From the human T2T-CHM13v2.0 reference genome, Homo sapiens, in the NCBI RefSeq assembly GCF_009914755.1, contig NC_060937.1: a stretch of DNA of 64,000 nt. One strand, written 5' to 3'. The notes beneath the pieces were generated by a model, which was given only the letters and a program-made list of their open reading frames with translations, made no database searches and was not told the DNA's origin. Of the stretch, positions 62,112 to 64,000 are shown one piece after another. The translations under genes and the position numbers were made by a program. The stretch's first letter is position 1. Each line of letters begins with the position of its first letter.

Positions 62112-62419
62112 TAACTTCATAATCCCTCTTCTGAAACCTTGGAGTCAGAGGTGCTTCAATGTTCAGAATATTTCTGCAGCGTCCTAAGGCAGCTTCAGTA
62201 ATTAAATACATTAATATCTCTGTGTAGAAATATATGATTATTTACATACAGTGGGACGAATAAAGACTAATCATAGCCCCATGTCAGTTAAGGTCAAGTT
62301 TCATGGCCAAATGAGTTCAGGTCAGAGCAAGTTTTGTGGCCAAGTGACTTATGAAAATATTTTCAACTTTCAGAGCTATTTTACTTCCTGTAAATACAGA
62401 TTAAAAAAATCAGGACCTT
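62112..62419 (+). mobile_element. MER46C Tigger DNA transposon
   Basis: aatccctcttctgaaaccttggagtcag…gtgggacgaataaagact…tcagttaaggtcaagttt…ccaaatgagtt…ttcagagct. Confidence 0.8.
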
Positions 62420-62690
62420 CCTACACTGAAAGGAACTTTGTTTTTAAAGGGCTTTACATTGTTGTCCAGCGATTTTTCATTAAGGCTTTTATACAGAACT
62501 CAAATGATTGTAAAATGCTATAATTAACTCTCATCAAAAACAAAAACAAAAAACCCTTTAATCTTTAAGGCCACCTACACTGTGCAAATAATGTACAGAA
62601 AATTAGAGAAAACCACAACTTATGTCTTTTTTCAGTATATCAAAATCTGTATAACACCAATGTGGTTCTTCTGAGATTCTGACAACTTAC

Positions 62691-62795
62691 AATTCAAAAA
62701 GGAGTTATGGCTGCAAAAAAGTGTGAAATTCTGTGTGATTGTATCTTCTGGGGGAGCAGCTGTGAAGTACATCTTTCCCTCTCTTTAATTCTAAC
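62691..62795 (-). other. Candidate 105-nt exon (or start of a terminal exon)
   Basis: Acceptor cttatttcttaatttgcAG, donor ATT|gtaagt; phase-0 reading VRIKERERCTSQLLPQKIQSHRISHFFAAITPF*. Confidence 0.55.
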
Positions 62796-62859
62796 CTGCA
62801 AATTAAGAAATAAGTTTTTTCAGTAGCAGGATATTAAAATATTCTAGCTGATTCATATC

Positions 62860-63078
62860 GTATTTATAATTTATATATTCATAATATATTTTAATAAAAT
62901 ATATCAATATTTTAAATGTTATAATTTATGTATAATTATATCATGACTTATTTGTAATAAAGTATGATTTGATTATATTTAACATTTATATAATTTTATA
63001 TTTATAATTTATTTTTCATAGTTCTAATATTTGAATTTATAATAAGTATTTATAATTTGTTTTATAATATTTATAAAT
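62860..63078. repeat. AT-rich low-complexity tract
   Basis: Almost entirely A/T, degenerate tttataat units. Confidence 0.85.
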
Positions 63079-63360
63079 TCCCCTCCTGATGATTATATAC
63101 TTACCACTATTCACACCCCTCCCCTTTGAAATAACTACGAAAAGTCTCCTGCTTCTCCTCCCCCCTTTGAAGCAGAAACAATGACTGCCAGAAAAGTTCC
63201 ATATAGGAAATTAAAAAAACATCAATCAGTTTCACAGACAGCAACTGAAAGATCTAAAGAAAAGCCCTTACTTAAAGGTATATGCTCTCCTTTCAGCACA
63301 ATTCTGCTCTTCCATTGGGGAACTTAATAAAATACTGTACATATGAAGAAAAAAGCACAC

Positions 63361-63479
63361 CTCTTGGCAGTAAAACTTTGGCAACTGCTTCGAAACAATC
63401 CTGTTGAAATGAGGTGGGGCTACTTTGAGAGTTTTTCTGAAGCTCCAATATCCTGACGACCCATCAGCATGACACTGAG
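63361..63479 (-). other. Candidate 119-nt exon
   Basis: Acceptor cttcttttgccctcacttctAG, donor GAG|gtgtgc; open frame QCHADGSSGYWSFRKTLKVAPPHFNRIVSKQLPKFYCQE ends in phase 0, compatible with the next exon. Confidence 0.55.
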
Positions 63480-63533
63480 CTAGAAGTGAGGGCAAAAGAA
63501 GCTGAGATTTTCTTTGAAATAAACAAACGTTCA

Positions 63534-63998
<465 letters not shown>

Positions 63999-64000
63999 AG

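Noticed and set aside
62715-62745. QSHRISHFF resembling a PCNA PIP-box
   Set aside because: Glutamine spacing is off by one and translation is unproven
62860-63078. AT-rich tract as a possible palindromic AT-rich repeat
   Set aside because: No long perfect symmetry visible by eye; treated as low-complexity intron sequence
63430-63479. QCHADGSSGYWS resembling the cytokine-receptor segment before WSXWS
   Set aside because: The second WS is absent and there is no fibronectin-III context; no gene symbol assigned

Overview
Primate (very likely human) genomic DNA, mostly intergenic or intronic and dominated by interspersed repeats. It holds a full-length L1PA4-like LINE-1 (minus strand, ~49900-56048, with TSD), two 5'-truncated L1PA copies, old L1M/L2 fragments, Alus at eight sites, several solo LTRs (LTR2, LTR8, LTR19, LTR47, MLT1), an MST-type MaLR provirus, and DNA transposons (MER1A/B, Tigger3a, MER47A, MER46C, MER63, half MADE1). 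No complete host protein-coding gene, RNA gene or CRISPR array is recognisable, and nearly all ORFs in the track are repeat-derived or random. Repeat family names come from recalled consensus sequences and need RepeatMasker/Dfam confirmation. Four observations stand out. (1) At the right end, a >2.8-kb minus-strand segment with intron-flanked exons ends in a genomic poly(A) that interrupts an ERVL/MaLR internal sequence, which suggests a retroposed unspliced transcript or a transduction. (2) A 246-bp, 98.4%-identical inverted duplication lies inside an ancient MaLR provirus. (3) An L1 ORF0 homolog stays open for 178 codons and reads out of the L1 into flanking DNA. (4) One Alu carries a templated copy of its inverted neighbour's 3' arm. 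Several short template-switch hairpins are also present.
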